Shown: positions 41,911 through 56,127 of the stretch, one piece after another
Layout of the letters: each line of letters begins with the position of its first letter
How positions within the stretch are numbered: the first letter of the stretch is position 1
Source of the DNA: Octopus vulgaris
Lineage: Eukaryota
Assembly (NCBI GenBank): GCA_951406725.2
Contig: OX597821.1
Coordinates: forward strand, 78,678,001 to 78,742,000
Length of the DNA stretch: 64,000 bases
Reading direction: 5' to 3'
Translations under genes and position numbers: made by a program
The notes under the pieces: generated by a model
The model's input: the letters and a program-made list of their open reading frames with translations, nothing else
Database searches by the model: none
What the model was told of the DNA's origin: nothing

Positions 41911-43844
41911 TTGTATAATTTTTAAAATTTTATGACGTATCAAGGGCCACTGCCCGCCCATGAAGGGTTAATTATGTAACAAAGTAAAGGAAAAACAACA
42001 TTTAAGCATAAAATAAAAAGGCGGAGCGTGTGAATAACAGTGGAAACTGAGCTTTATTAAAAATGTGTGTATTCATTATAATATTGAAAGTTAAATAAGA
42101 TTCGAATGCAGATAAATAACAAAATAACAGTCATAAAATGTCATATCCTTTAGCATGTCAAAAGTAAGTGAAATATATATGAGTGAGAGGTGTCAAAATG
42201 TGTACTTAGCTTTCCAAAGCGTGACGATATGAAAAATTAAACCGTATCATATCAGTTGAATAAGGCGGCGGCGTGGAAGAACCGTTAGGAAAGTGGACAA
42301 TATGCTTGACGGCATTTGGTAAACTGACACTCTAGCATACTAGAGTCGAATTAACTGGCAGTTCCTTCTCAGCAAAGTATCTTATGTATATGTAGATATT
42401 CGTCCAAAATATTTATTCTCAGAACCAGTGAAGTAGAGCCATAGATCGTGTAGAATACGTGCATCAATAGGGTTATAAAACATATTCCGGAGAGAAAATG
42501 TCGAAAACTGCCAGTGGATGCCGGGCCTCTTTTTTTACTCGTCATTCAATGTTCCAGGAAAGAATGTATTAACTGTATTCCAGAAATGTTCAGGCTTTGT
42601 TTCAGGAGAGATAATTTTAACTGTCTAGATTATTGCAATGTAAGTATATCAATACTAGACATCTTACAAGCTGACCATTAATGGTTAGTGATTTTTATAA
42701 CAGACTATAAGATGCAGCTGTAATAATACTTTGAACTCAACCTACCATGATCTACTTGAGACAGTTGAGTAGTTTCCAGGATGCACTCGAGTCGTGAAGA
42801 CCATTCAGAAGTTTGCTTATGCAATAAAAGTTTTTGTGTTAAACTGGGCAAAACGTCTTCAGGTTGCATATAGATTATCTTGTGTGAGCTGACCAAGAAT
42901 TTATCTCTGGGACGAGAGAGTCAATGTCGGTAGATGGACAGTGAAAGATGATGAGTGGTGTTGGGTTATATAGACGTTGAAACATGAGAGCGGGTTGAAA
43001 AAGTTCGTAATTTTCTGGATAAGCCCGTCATGTGTCTATGCAAACAGAATGGAGTTGGTTTGGTAATTGTACACAGTATTATGCATCGAGGTCTGTACTT
43101 GCGCAAACATTCTAACTAGAATACACATTGACGAAAAGAAAGGAACGGAAGTTTGGTGGCAGCAAGGAGATGGTTTAGATAATTATTTTCACAAAAGTGT
43201 ACTTGTCTATGAGGAATGCGAGAACAACTATTATGATGCAAAGACCAATGAACAGGAAACCGAACTGAAGCATCCTACATCCTACAGAACTACTAGCCAT
43301 AGAAACTACACCGAATACCTCTTGAAGATCCTTTTTTTGTCGACAAGAATATAGATTACTATCAGTGGATTCTCATTGGCCAGGTGGTCAACAAAGAGTC
43401 TTTTATCGAGGTTTTGAATGGTTTGAGGAATAGAATATTTCCAAATGTCATGAGCTACCACACTAGTATCGGTGGCACGTACAGCTGAACAATGCATTTG
43501 TCCAAAATTCCATCTCTGTAACCATCTACTTGACAGATAAGGATATCAAATCTTTGTCTCACCTTCTTCACTTCCTAGATGTTGCTCTTTGTGACATTGG
43601 TTGTTCTCCAGGCGGAGGGAGAACAAATGGGGCAACAATTTTCAAGACATTTAAAAGATGAAAGTGTACAGTGGTCAGTGGATTCTAAGTTGTAGTAGTT
43701 TAAAAATCGCTTAGAAATTAATATCAAATCTGAAAATGTCTCAATACTTCTGGAATGCAATCTGCGTGTGTGTGTATTTGTGTGTGTGCATCTGTGTATG
43801 AGTGAGTGCTTAGACACATACACACAACACAAAAGCACACACAC

Positions 43845-43902
<58 letters not shown>

Positions 43903-44234
43903 TATAGAGTATGGTTGATGGTTATATACACACACACACATATGACTCTCATTCTATATTTACATATATATGTACATATATATATATCCAAATAAGCAAC
44001 AAGAATAACTTCCAAATTACCGAAGTTATTCTTGTTGCTTATTTTGATTATAATCATCCCATGGATTTATATGGATAACACCATACAAAATTCTGGTTCA
44101 TCTAAATTAAGTACCATATTCATTTGAATCTAAATTTTGCTGATATATGTATATATATATATATTTATTTATATATATATACATATATATATATATACGG
44201 ATAAATATAGATATAGATATATGCACATACATAT

Positions 44235-44460
44235 AGAGGTGCAATGGCCTAGTGGTTAGGGCAGCGGACTCGCGGTCGCAGGATCGCGGTTTCGATTCTC
44301 AGACCGGGCGTTGTGTGTGTTTATTGAGCGAAAACACCTAAAAAGCTCTACGAGGCTCCGGCAGGGGGTGGTGATCCCTGCTGTACTCTTTCACCACAAT
44401 GGCGGTGCCCCAGCATGGCCACAGCTCAAGAGCTGAAACTGGAAAAACAAAAACAAAACA
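44235..44460 (+). mobile_element. tRNA-derived SINE with a tail borrowed from another SINE family
   Basis: A-box tggcctagtgg, B-box-like ggtttcgattc; head as in 21860-22167; tail ggcggtgccccagcatggccacag as at about 17513-17540. Confidence 0.85.
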
Positions 44461-46249
44461 AATATATATATATATATATATATAAGCATAAATTAAGTCA
44501 TACATATATGTATATACGCACATTCACCCAAATTCTCTTATATGCAGATGCGTATATATGCCTGTTTTGATATTAAATTATAAAGAAAACAAATTTTTAT
44601 TAAAGTAAAATATTGCTAGACACTCTTTGCAGTCAGTATTCTTTCTACAGTACTCCTTATTCATTAACAAGTGTATTGACAGAGAGTTCGATGCTCCAGT
44701 CTGCTAAATCTTCAATGGATTTTGGCACATTTTATTTACTCTCAGCATATACAGTCTCTGATGAGTTAAAATGTTCCGAGTACGTGAGTTTCTGTCTACT
44801 GAGAATTATATTGTAGAGATGGTTGCAATGAAAAGGCGTCATGGAAGATTGTTGTTGACGAAATCTGGAGTTGTGTTATTGTTCACTATTAAGTCACACA
44901 CGAGAAATTCGTAATCGGGTGTTTCTATTTATTTGCATCAGTTTCAGGTCATTTTCTTTTTTCGGGATTCATATAAGGATATTAGTGGTTGAAATGATTA
45001 GTAGGTCTATATGTGTGGATTAGTTGTTGACTACATTGAATTGTTATCGAATTTAATTGGTCAGTAAAGGATGATAAATCACAGGGTTATCCTTTTGCTT
45101 TCGGAATATGAACGTTATATTTGGAAGTCCAGTCTAGCAATTTAATTCACATAATTGGGTTAGTTCATTTAGGTGTATCAGAATGTAGGTCACACAGTGT
45201 TTTAAATGTCTCTTTGCTTTTTGTTTGTGACACCTAGATATAACTAGTTACTTTTGGAAAGGTATAGGTTAACAATCAAGCAGGTAAGACCGTGCTTATG
45301 TATGTGAAATTTATATCATCATATTGTTTGCATGGAAATTCCTTTACCTTATTCTTGAAAGTGCACAAAAGGATGAATGTTCGTGTAAATTTCAGTCGCT
45401 TAACTTAATTAGTCGCATGTGTTAATTGTTAAAGTATAAACCCAGTTTCAATAGCAACCGATTCGGCAAACGTATAATGTTTTCGAACCTGAACAAAGAC
45501 ATAAGTGAAAAAACACCACGGACAAATTCTCGCAGAAAGTAGAGAAGCAAAGTGGAAAATTCTTCTCGGGTATATTTCATACGGAATAAAAGCTTAGTTT
45601 AAGAAGATCTCAAAAGAAAAAGAATCGAATGCCTTTTCCTTACGTTTTTACACCAAAGGTTATAAAGTATCAATAACTGAAACTATAATGTGGAGGTTAG
45701 CAGTCAAACATGTAAGACTCTAAGATAAGGTGTGTCAACTTAGTTTCTGGTATGCTATGCAGATAGGTGTAAAATTTAGATGATCAGCTGATTTCTAATT
45801 GGGTTGTAGTTGTTATTTGATTACTACCTAAAAACATGTAACGTTCGTGTGTTAGGGAGATAAATTCTATGGGTTCTTTTTACATAAATATTTTTCTCTT
45901 CATGTTTAAATGCCTGTATTTTATAAACAAAAACTATTAGGCACCTATGGATATACACGAATGTGGGACATTTTAAACACGTGCAATATATAATATATAT
46001 ATATTAAAAATGTATATAAGTTTATATATATAATCTTATATATACAAGCTTATATATATACATAAGTTTATATATATAAGCTTATAAAAATATGTATAAG
46101 GTTAAATTCTCGTCTTCCTTAGATATATTTCCCGTCTTCCTTGGATGTATGTATACGTGTGAATCTATGTGTGTGCACTTATATTTAAAATTATTTTAGT
46201 TTGACGGGTTTTAGTAATTTGAAGATGTGTTTACGAGAAGAAACAAATT

Positions 46250-47700
46250 CAGAGTTTTGTTTTTGGTTGTCATTCGTAAGTATGAGAACGGGCAAGATCC
46301 ATTCGTGTAACATTGGCAATGATTGCTTTAACGTTAGTATCATAATGTGTATTACAATATTTTATCCACAATGCTAAACGTCATAAAATTTCTTTCAAAT
46401 CCCATATATTTGGATAGGAAGATACGATTTTCTCCGTTTGGGTTGTGAATATTATAGTGATTGTAGCATATCTTGAACAGGTTTGATCTCGACCCTATAT
46501 ATGTCGATGTAGTAGTTTGCTGTATGTTCATGGTTACTGATGGCAATAGAGAATATCACTAGTAAAATCGTTTACTTTTAGAAGGTATGACAGAGTCGTC
46601 CTGTGGTTGCACTATTTGCTGGTATGCTGTGGTTTTGGCTTTCACTGTCGGAAAATTTAAGGTGATTGCAATTGGCTACAGTGTTTTTGAAATTATCATT
46701 CGTGGAATATAATATTTTTACGTTGTGTTTGTTAATCAATTTGTATTACTTGTGATCGGGGTGAAAGTATTTTCCGTGTATTCTGCGAAACAATATGGTG
46801 TTGTGTTGTACTTTTCCCTTATAATCACTGTTATTCAGTGCCTTGTTACATAGAGTAGCTATTTTGATGGATGATAAAGAAGAAACGCTCAGAGATATGT
46901 TTATACTAGGCTTTAAATATACTTTTGGAATGATCGGATTCCATTCGTATATACTGGATTTCTGCATTTTTTAGAGTTTATATATACTGGATTCTAAGTG
47001 AAGGTGTGGATTAAATTTATCCAGTTTTGGTGGGCTGGAATATCTTCGTACGAGTTAACCGTTGTCCCTGTAGTTGTTACGAATGGAAATTTGCAGCATA
47101 AATTTGCTATTATACGAAATCTGATAATATCACTTCGCTTTTCACTCCCTGCTTAGGTTAAATGGGACATTCGGGATGTTTCTTAATGCAGAAAATACTG
47201 TTGCCGAATGTAAGTGATGTCCTGATTTGTAATATTCTTTCTGTTTTGGGGTCGCTTATTGTAGTTATTGTCTTTGTATGTTTGTTGCAACCATAAGCAT
47301 AGATATTATTATTGATATGTAAAATTCTTTGGTGTTAAAATGTACGAAAATGCATTCCTTTTGTTTTCGGATTGTATTAAATCAAACTATAACCTAAGAT
47401 GGGCTTTACTAGCAGGACAATTCAGAGTTTACTTTTGTGTTTGATGAGAATATGTTTTGTATCAATTTTGTCCCCTAATGAAGTTTATCTCCGTGTTCGA
47501 CAGTTTTATAACTGGCGGAGATGTTGCTTTAGAAAAAAGGGTTTATCGTCTAACAATTAATGCATGGAGGAGAAATCTGCGAAACCATTGTTCTTTACAA
47601 CTACCTTCAACTTTTTTTAACTTGAAAGTACACATTAAACAAATTTCTATCCTACACGTGCTACAACCTAAATTTGATACAAAAGAAACAGGTAAAATCT
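46250..47700 (-). mobile_element. Decayed Penelope-like remnant, inverted-duplication partner of 12480-13750
   Basis: 46665-46720 reverse complement (atattatattccacgaatgataatttcaaaaacactgtagccaattgcaa) matches 13360-13409. Confidence 0.55.
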
Positions 47701-48278
47701 CCTAACTATCAGGAGCATGTAGTAGGATAATCTGCTGAATTAAACTCTTTACCTACTTACATTGTTTGGTGAACACTTAACATCTAAATGATCTACAAGC
47801 TGACTGACCTAAATGAACGTAGACTGAACAAAAGCTTAAATCATTCATTAGTGTCCAAATAAAATTTTAAAATCTACACGTAATGACACATTGCTGACCT
47901 ACTAATCTTGTCATTGAACAGCATTCATCCATGACTCCCTAAAATACAGGACCCAGTCCTTAATCTAATAAAACTAAAGGCGCATCTTATTAAATATTTG
48001 TACATGCTTCACGGAATTGTGAACAATATCACAACTCCAATTCTTTACAATAAATATCTCCATTGAAACCTTCCTGTTACAACCGACCCTACAACAAAAT
48101 TCTCAGTCAAAAGGACATCCACCCATTCAGAAAATTTTAACATCACAGAGTCTATAGAAGACCAAGATAACTCAAATGTACCATAGTCCAGTGACCACTT
48201 AGCATCCCAAGATTTCGAAATGATTGTCAATAATATTCTTGTTGAAGATCTAGATATAAATAAATAAATAAAGAAAGA

Positions 48279-48359
<81 letters not shown>

Positions 48360-48412
48360 CATCCGTTTATTGTTTACAGACATGTCTTTGTCTTTTGTAT
48401 TTTTGTAAATTC

Positions 48413-48460
<48 letters not shown>

Positions 48461-48520
48461 GCATGCAAATATGCATGTATGTATTTATTACCGCACATAA
48501 TTTCAGTAATAATATAAAAC

Positions 48521-48573
48521 CTATTCTAATAATACGTAGACATCCAAACCATCTAGGGGTGTTCGATAAGATG
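48521..48573 (-). CDS. Gene B coding exon 5 (terminal)
   Basis: ttttatttcAG acceptor, phase 1, (T)[19 protein letters not shown]. Confidence 0.78.
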
Positions 48574-48689
48574 CTGAAATAAAAGAAAATTTGTTATAAA
48601 TCAATTGAAATTCGGAATGACGCTATATTCTAAATGTTCGAAAAATACATATAAAATGACGAAAACACATATGTGAAGTCAGAAACGAC

Positions 48690-49600
48690 TTAATGAAACA
48701 TTTTTCAGTTGTGAGTATAAAGAAACACGCATGCCTTTTTATACAAATGTATAGTTTTAGCTTCATTATTTTCGTTTTGTATGTCTGTCATTATGCATCT
48801 AGGGTCGATCGCTTCTTTTTGCTTAAAAACCGATACGAAAGGATTCACTCTAATGACACAAACAACTATAGAAATATAATCTTGAAAACAGATCCTAACA
48901 CAAAATGCAGGATATGCAACCAGCACAAGTAGACAGATGGGGGAAACATCTGTAGTTGCCCAGTTTTTAGCAAATCTGAATATATATCTGAATATATAAT
49001 CGGGTTAATTGTTACTTTTATTGAGCAATATACTAATGTTTCTGTGTGACTGCAGACAAGATATGGTTCACACATATACCGAACACAGCAAATGATAAAG
49101 ACCTGGCCACAATAATCTAGCGATTTACACAGATCTCCTTCAATACGAAGCCCTCAGACATAATAATAATAAAGGGCTGGGGAACAAAGAAGTACATTGA
49201 TATATATCAGAACGTCTGAGGAAAATATTGCCCTAAAGGTAGTACTGTCAAATGCAAATAAATGAACGTTGAAATATAGACGATGTGGAGCATGAGGGTG
49301 GATACATTACCAGTATTGTTTAGAGAATTAGAACCGCTTCAAAATATGAAATGCTACATAATTCCAGGACCTGGGTTAACAACCCTATACACTGGTCTGC
49401 TCAATTTCACAACATATACAATAAGTCCCTAATAACTTAAAATAACATAATTCATGCAACATATACTATAAGATGAAGGCCCAATAAAATTACATTTCTC
49501 ACATTACTCAAACGATACACAACAGCACCTACACCTGTGTAACAAGAAACGAGAAACGAACAGGCAACACGCCAACATATAAATCTATACTTCCTACATC
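48690..49600 (+). mobile_element. Old R4-like remnant in the last intron of gene B (partner of 10330-11290)
   Basis: TNNYRNIILKTDPNTKCRICNQHK; collinear homology to the paralog A intron. Confidence 0.7.
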
Positions 49601-50949
49601 CTTTCACAAGAACACAGCATAGCAAACAATTTATGAATTATATTTAATATGTAAATTTACATACATACAAACATACATACATACATACATACATACATAC
49701 ATACATGCATGCATACATACATGCATACATACATACATACATACATACATACATACATACATACATACATACATACATACATGCATACATAGGCATACAT
49801 ACGTTATATGCAAACAGACTTATATTTTCTGTTTACGATCCTCAGATCTATGCCCGGATTCTATAGTTACCGAAAAGTAGCTTAATGTAATCCCATCTTC
49901 CGTTGATACAAACATGAAGATTGATCGAAATAACTATTTATATTTAACGAGTCAACGTATTAAAACCGCTCCGCCAATTTTTGTCTTACTGGCCTCTCTC
50001 TCTGAGCTTCCCTATTGGCAAAACAATTACTTAAATCCCGACGTAGCTATTGATGAAAAGTATATGATGAAGAAATAATGAAAACAAAGTGAGTGTAATC
50101 AAATAAACCTAAAAAGATATGTATCATTTACAGGTTTTCTTTTACATTAAGGCAGTATCCCACAATGCATTTACAGCACCTGAGATCAGCATCTAATTCC
50201 CATTAATCAAAATTTAGAAATATATACAGCCTCTATCGCAGGACAAAAAGATGACTTCACTCAAATGGCACAAGTCAAATAGTTGGCAATCAACCACAAG
50301 ATTGAAAATCAAGAGAATATCAACTCGCTGTTCCCTAGCGAATACTGGTTGAGCATTTCTTATAAAAAATTTTAGCAAGCACCAAAATAAAAAAAAAACT
50401 GACGCGGTTATTTGAAACATGAAAGTCGTATACAATGACGTTAGTCATCTACCCGGAAAATGGAAATATATCTTGCAACATCATCAAGAAAATGAATGTC
50501 TAGATACCACTGCGGATCCATCAGCCGCTTTACCCTTCATTGGTGCACTTGTTTTTGTGAGTATATGTCACAGGGAAAATCTGGGAAAGCTAAGATTTTC
50601 AAGCTAAAGAAACAGACAAGCTAACATGAACTTTACCAGATATAATTTTTAAATGGGACTTTTCTTCAAGAACGATTTGTAATACCTATGATTATTGTCC
50701 AAAATCCACTGATAGCGCCTTTCTTTGTTTAAATTCAGTTGCCTCATTTTACGAAGAATACTTATATGAAGTATACAAAACATACACACATGCATACTTT
50801 GGTACACACGTACGCACACACACACAAAAACACAAACACACACAAACACAAACACACACACGCACGCACATATAACGACGGACTTATTTACAGACACAAA
50901 TATATTGAATGATTTGCATATACATAAACGAAATATATATATTACTTAC

Positions 50950-51056
50950 TAATTTTGTTCATTTTGAAACCGATATCGTAATATGTTTCATTCACCTTTT
51001 CTACAGACAGCATGCATTGGTCTCCATCTTTCACCTCGATTATAAAATATTTTTCA
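50950..51056 (-). CDS. Gene B coding exon 4
   Basis: attcatttcAG acceptor, GTAAGT donor, 107 bp, phase 2 to 1, EKYFIIEVKDGDQCMLSVEKVNETYYDIGFKMNKI. Confidence 0.78.
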
Positions 51057-51684
51057 CTGAAATGAATATATCGTAACCTATGAATTCAATAAACGTCATC
51101 ATAGTTGGAGAATTTTAATATTGTATTTACGACACCCAGTTCCGTTTGGTGAAATATTTCAGTTTATCTTTTAATCATTGAGATGATTATATCATTTCCC
51201 CTTTCATATTTATTATATAGAATATATGTCCTACTTGTTTCTCTAAATTGTTATTATTTATTGGTAAATATATAGTCATAATGGTAAAAGTACATTTGTT
51301 AAAAATAGTTTTGTCGCTAGTAACATGATTATTGCTTCCTGCATATTTTGAAACTTTGTATTGTAAATATTTCTATCCTTAAATGTAATTAATTCTATTC
51401 TTAATTATAATTGTTTTTATGCTTAAAAAGTAGAGTTGCATTATTTTTCATGTTCTCTAAGTAAATGAGGAATCAATAATTATTTCTGTATCTGCTACTT
51501 TCAATGCTTACTTTTTATGCTCTACCTACCTATCTATCTGCCTGCCTGCCTGTCTGTCTATCTGTCTATTTATTTATGTATCTAATAATACACACACACA
51601 CACACACAAAGACACACATATATATATATACATACATACATACATACATACGTATATATGTACGTGTGTGCGTTTGTATTTGAA

Positions 51685-51795
51685 AGAAAATGATACAACA
51701 AACCAAGGCTGTGTGGAATTTTCTGGACATTTATAAAGAGTCAGAAGACGTACAGCTGTTTGTGGGATATTAGGGATAACTCTTCATCAGAGTCC
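51685..51795 (-). mobile_element. Penelope-like terminus with a decayed hammerhead
   Basis: Minus strand gact-CTGATGA-agagttat..atatcccac-AAA-cagctg-TA; homologous to 16445-16546. Confidence 0.55.
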
Positions 51796-53115
51796 ATGTG
51801 AGATAGTTAAATAGAGGCGAATAATAGAGTTCAGTGTGAGGAGTTATTTTGGAAAAAATGGAAGTGAGAATTGTAGAGGAAAAGAGAAAAATGAAAGAAG
51901 AAAAGATGTTATATTTACAGTTTCATTATCCAAAGAAAGTGTTGTATAGCAGTGGTATAAATACCTCATGTTCATGGTATGTAAATTACAATAGGTGTTC
52001 ATATTTTGCCATTACAAATGCAAGGTGTGTAGACGTAGATTACATGTGCTGTTCATTCATTTTGTAGCATGAATGTAAATTTGAGTATGGACTGGTAGTA
52101 TTAAATGGGTAAAGAGGGGAGAAAATATATGTATGTTAAAATGAGAAGAAAGGTCAAAAGGAATAGGTGACAGAAGAAGGAGGAAAGAAAAAAGAAGAGA
52201 ACAGGAAAACAAGAAGAGAAAAGGAGAAAAATGAAATAATTGAACCAAAGTTAAAGAAAGTGAAAGAAATGAAAAAAGTGAAAAAAGAAATGTAGTTGGT
52301 GGTCGAGAAATTATGAGGGTGTGGGAGGGATACTTTCTTCATTTAAATATTTAAATAAACGCAATACTACAATCATAGTAAACTAATTTGTTATAAACAG
52401 TTTGTAATAAACAATTTTCTTTGTACTGGAATATTTTGTCAAGATCGTTCCCTTGTGATAAGGCAAATGTCAACACCTATAAAGAATGTTTCCAGGTGTT
52501 TACATTGGAAAAACACACTTTCAGCTATTTCAAATTATATCTGACCAATTTACCTAATAATATCTGTAACTTTCACTTTATTCTTTTCATTCCAAACATA
52601 CCATTCTTTCTTTACCATTTCTATCCATTTACCATTCACCTTTCTATTTGTTTATTTCTACATTACTACCTTCACTTCTCTCAACCTATGGCTTCAAGTT
52701 TCTTAACGGTATTTTAAAATTACTGGCATTCTCTATCCGAATTTTGTTTTTCATATATTATATATTATACTTTCTTATATCTGTAAAATAGGCTTATCAA
52801 TGAATATTGTTATTTATAATCTCCACCCTGCTCAGATTGATGTATTATTCCACCTTATTTCTCCTTTCGGATTAATATTGCTTTTTTCCATCGAAACTAT
52901 ATATGTCGGTGCTATAAACGATGATTTAAATAACAGCTTGTGCGTTAGTATCCATTTTCCATTTCTCTTATATTCTCCAAAACACGCCTCACTTCTTGGA
53001 ATTATTCCATATGAATGTGTCGTTAGTAATATCTTGAAGTATTTATGTAACATTATATCTATTTATCTATATAACTATGTATGTATCTATCTAACTAATT
53101 AACTAACTATCTATC

Positions 53116-53146
<31 letters not shown>

Positions 53147-53149
53147 GTA

Positions 53150-54260
53150 CTAGAGGTTTGCCTGGTCTATGAACTCACAACAAGCACCTCAGAGAGACAT
53201 TACTTGAAGCAATATGCGTACTGTTCCAAGGAAAAGCTGAGTTTTGTACTACACTTAGATTGTAGGTTATTTCTTAGGTCTCCAGATGTTTCTTCAGTCT
53301 GGCTAGTATACACCCCAATGCTCCGATGGTAATAGGTGTAATCTTTACGTGTGACTCTTTTAACTGTCACATCTTCCCGATTTCAATTCTCCGGCCTCAA
53401 TATTTCTCAGTCTTTTCTCTTTCTTACATGATAATATGTTGATCTGGCACCGATAAGTCAATTATAAGGTGCCCTTATTTTTATCCCTCCTAAACATTAC
53501 TATAATCGACCTTTGTTGCTGTAACATCTTGTTTGTCTTAGATCGAAATCACAGAGGATCTTTGCTTGCCTCTTTTCGTTTATTACATTTTCCGGTGTAT
53601 GTTGTAACCAAGAACCCGTTACCACGTATCAATACTTCCGAAATAATAACCAGTGGGAATTTTGGTCTACCTTGTGTCTCCGCTTCTACTCTTTCTACAC
53701 ATGAATTTCACAATCATTAACAATATGAAACACGCTTTCCACTTTCTTCCCACGCATTCTGCAGAGGTTCGATTAACGTCCGTGGTTTATATGAATTTTC
53801 ACTGAGTTGTTATTCAATGCCTGACCTCGGGCAGCGATGATTAGACTCAGTCTTCTGTTTTAGGTCATCCTTGCTGAGTCACCTCTATGATGCTTCCTGG
53901 TCTTGTAAGTTGTTAGTTTCACGGTGGATCAGATTATGTAGAGTAGAGATTCTTCTTTCTCGTTGGCTATTCGTGATCCAAATTCATTAGCTTCCTGAAT
54001 TCCATTTTCAGTAAATTCTTCTGCATTAGCAATACACTGTAGCTGATCTTGTTCGCAGTTTACCAAATATTCTATTATCTTTCATCGTTCACTGTCGACA
54101 AACTCTCATGCTCTAATCAGCCCACGTCCACATCTTTACCTCTTCATGTAGAAACTGTATTCGTTCGCCTCACAGTGGAAGGCACCATACCATATCAATG
54201 TATTTCGCATAGTGAGATCAAGTCGGTCCATTTCAGGATGGGTGCACTATAGCGGACTAC
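53150..54260 (-). mobile_element. Decayed R4/Dong-like 3' fragment
   Basis: Reverse-complement homology to 24990-25790 (CRMRGKKVESVSY, ITPITIGALG remnants). Confidence 0.7.
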
Positions 54261-54632
54261 CTACAGCAACAGCCCATTGTTGTTATTGTTGTTGTTGTTG
54301 TTCTTCTTTTTCTTCTTCTTCTTCTTCTTCTTCTTCTTCTTCTTCTTCTTCTTCTTCTTCTTCTTCTTCTCCTTCTTCATCCATAAGGCTGTAAGCAATA
54401 AATCAGTTTGCAGTTACATTTGTTCCTCAATGTTTTGATTCTCAGTCCCACCACGTTCCTACTTGTCATTTATTCTTCCTTTGTCGATAAAATAATACTA
54501 GTTAGATCGGTGCAATCATAAGTAATTGAAGTGTTCTTCATAAATATGTAACAGTTTGCCTAAGTGAGAAATCATAATTATTTGTAATAAATACCTATAA
54601 ATACAAATAAATTAGACAGCGTTAATATATAC

Positions 54633-54784
54633 CTTAAATTGAAAATGTACGATGTTGATAAATTTCGATACCACGGTTCTGAAAGGAGGTTCATCTCACT
54701 GAACCACGCTGTAGAATTTTTATTTCTTCCGTTGAATATTAAATAGTGAAATATATGACCACGTTTTACGAACGAGATTCTCAC
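54633..54784 (-). CDS. Gene B coding exon 3
   Basis: ttgtatttgcAG acceptor, ag/GTatat donor, 152 bp, phase 0 to 2, VRISFVKRGHIFHYLIFNGRNKNSTAWFSEMNLLSEPWYRNLSTSYIFNL. Confidence 0.82.
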
Positions 54785-55175
54785 CTGCAAATACAATTCG
54801 AATGAGATCATGTAGAAAGCTGAGAAGGAAGACGATAACGAGGCAGGTTGAGAAAGGAAGCAGGCGAGAGGGAGATGGAGAGAGACAAGTATGAGTACAA
54901 TGCAACTGAGGAGGAAAAGGAAAGAGAGAGATGGAGAGGGTAAACAAGGAAAGAGAGATGTAAGAGAGAATACGGGGTGGGGAGACTTAAGAGAGATAAG
55001 ATTCTGGGAAAAGATGTGCATGCATTTTTGTGTAAGTAAAACAGGAGGAACTGGAGGATAAAGTAATAAATATTGATTTAAGAGTGTATGAATTTTGTTG
55101 CAGTTGTACGAAAGATACTTTAAATACACGTACAGAACTATACATACATACAAACACACACACAAACGTACACAT

Positions 55176-55242
<67 letters not shown>

Positions 55243-55243
<1 letters not shown>

Positions 55244-55365
55244 TGTTATATTTCGGAATGGTCATTTTGCCAGTTTAGCCAATAAAAACACACGCACTAT
55301 ATATTTGGTGTTATTTTGCTTCAACACACGACTTCAGATAAATAATCTTGCACAACAAATATTTA
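55243..55365. mobile_element. Tiny internally inverted terminus of the 22215/62641 Penelope-like family
   Basis: 55243-55322 matches 62641-62720 (antisense of the element); 55320-55365 matches the sense tail at about 22643-22686. Confidence 0.75.
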
Positions 55366-55603
55366 AACGTATATTATAATTATTATATATATATATATAA
55401 TTGAGTAGTTGAATGAATTATCTTATTATGGATAATTCGGTTAACCGATACCTGGGTAGCAAATTCACGTCAGATAAACACGGTTGAAGCTACATGCCTA
55501 GTGCAGAGATCACGTGCTATCGTGTGGAAATTTGTGTGTTTTTAAATACAAATAAATGAAAGAATGGAGTTGAACGACGAATTAACAAAATTCCTTTATT
55601 TTA

Positions 55604-55686
55604 TTTTCGACATATGTTTCGAAGGCTGCATATTCCTAATTTCGAAGGAATAAGGGGTGCATTATGCCGCCTTCTCATCAGGAAAA
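55604..55686 (-). ncRNA. Type I hammerhead ribozyme (GUC site)
   Basis: Reverse complement of 57401-57483. Confidence 0.9.
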
Positions 55687-56096
55687 GCAAGGAACTTATG
55701 TCAGTATCAAGATGCACAAAAACTTTTAGATGACTGCCCACACGGAGCCCATAGCGATAATGAGTGTTTCTTTAAAATATTTCGTTATAAGCAGTGACGA
55801 CAAAAATGGTTGAATGTAGAAGATTCTAGAAAGTTCAAGGGTTCAAACAAGGTTGGAGGAGAGAGACCTAAGAATAGGAAGGCAAAAGGGTGCAGGTCAA
55901 ATGAATGGTGATTTTGTTGTTTTCTTTTGTGAATGAGTGCCTATGTGTGTGTGTATGTATATAACTGCATTAATGGCTATGTGTGTGTATGTGTGTGCGT
56001 GATTGTGTGTGTGGATGGGTAGATGTCAAAAAACAGACAGTGGTGAAGTGACAGGTTTGTGTCTTTGTGTTTGATTGTGCTTACGATAGAGAGAGG

Positions 56097-56127
<31 letters not shown>

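Noticed and set aside
44235-44306. tRNA gene
   Set aside because: Has A/B-box-like motifs but no proper acceptor stem, and it continues into a SINE body found elsewhere in the window
50419-50607. Candidate exon of gene B
   Set aside because: The minus frame hits a stop, and the plus strand matches the R4 RLE remnant shared with 8884-9200
52823-52912. Hammerhead-like cacc-CTGCTCA..GAAAc-tatatat-gTC-ggtg
   Set aside because: The core has two substitutions and stem II is unclear; at best a dead relic
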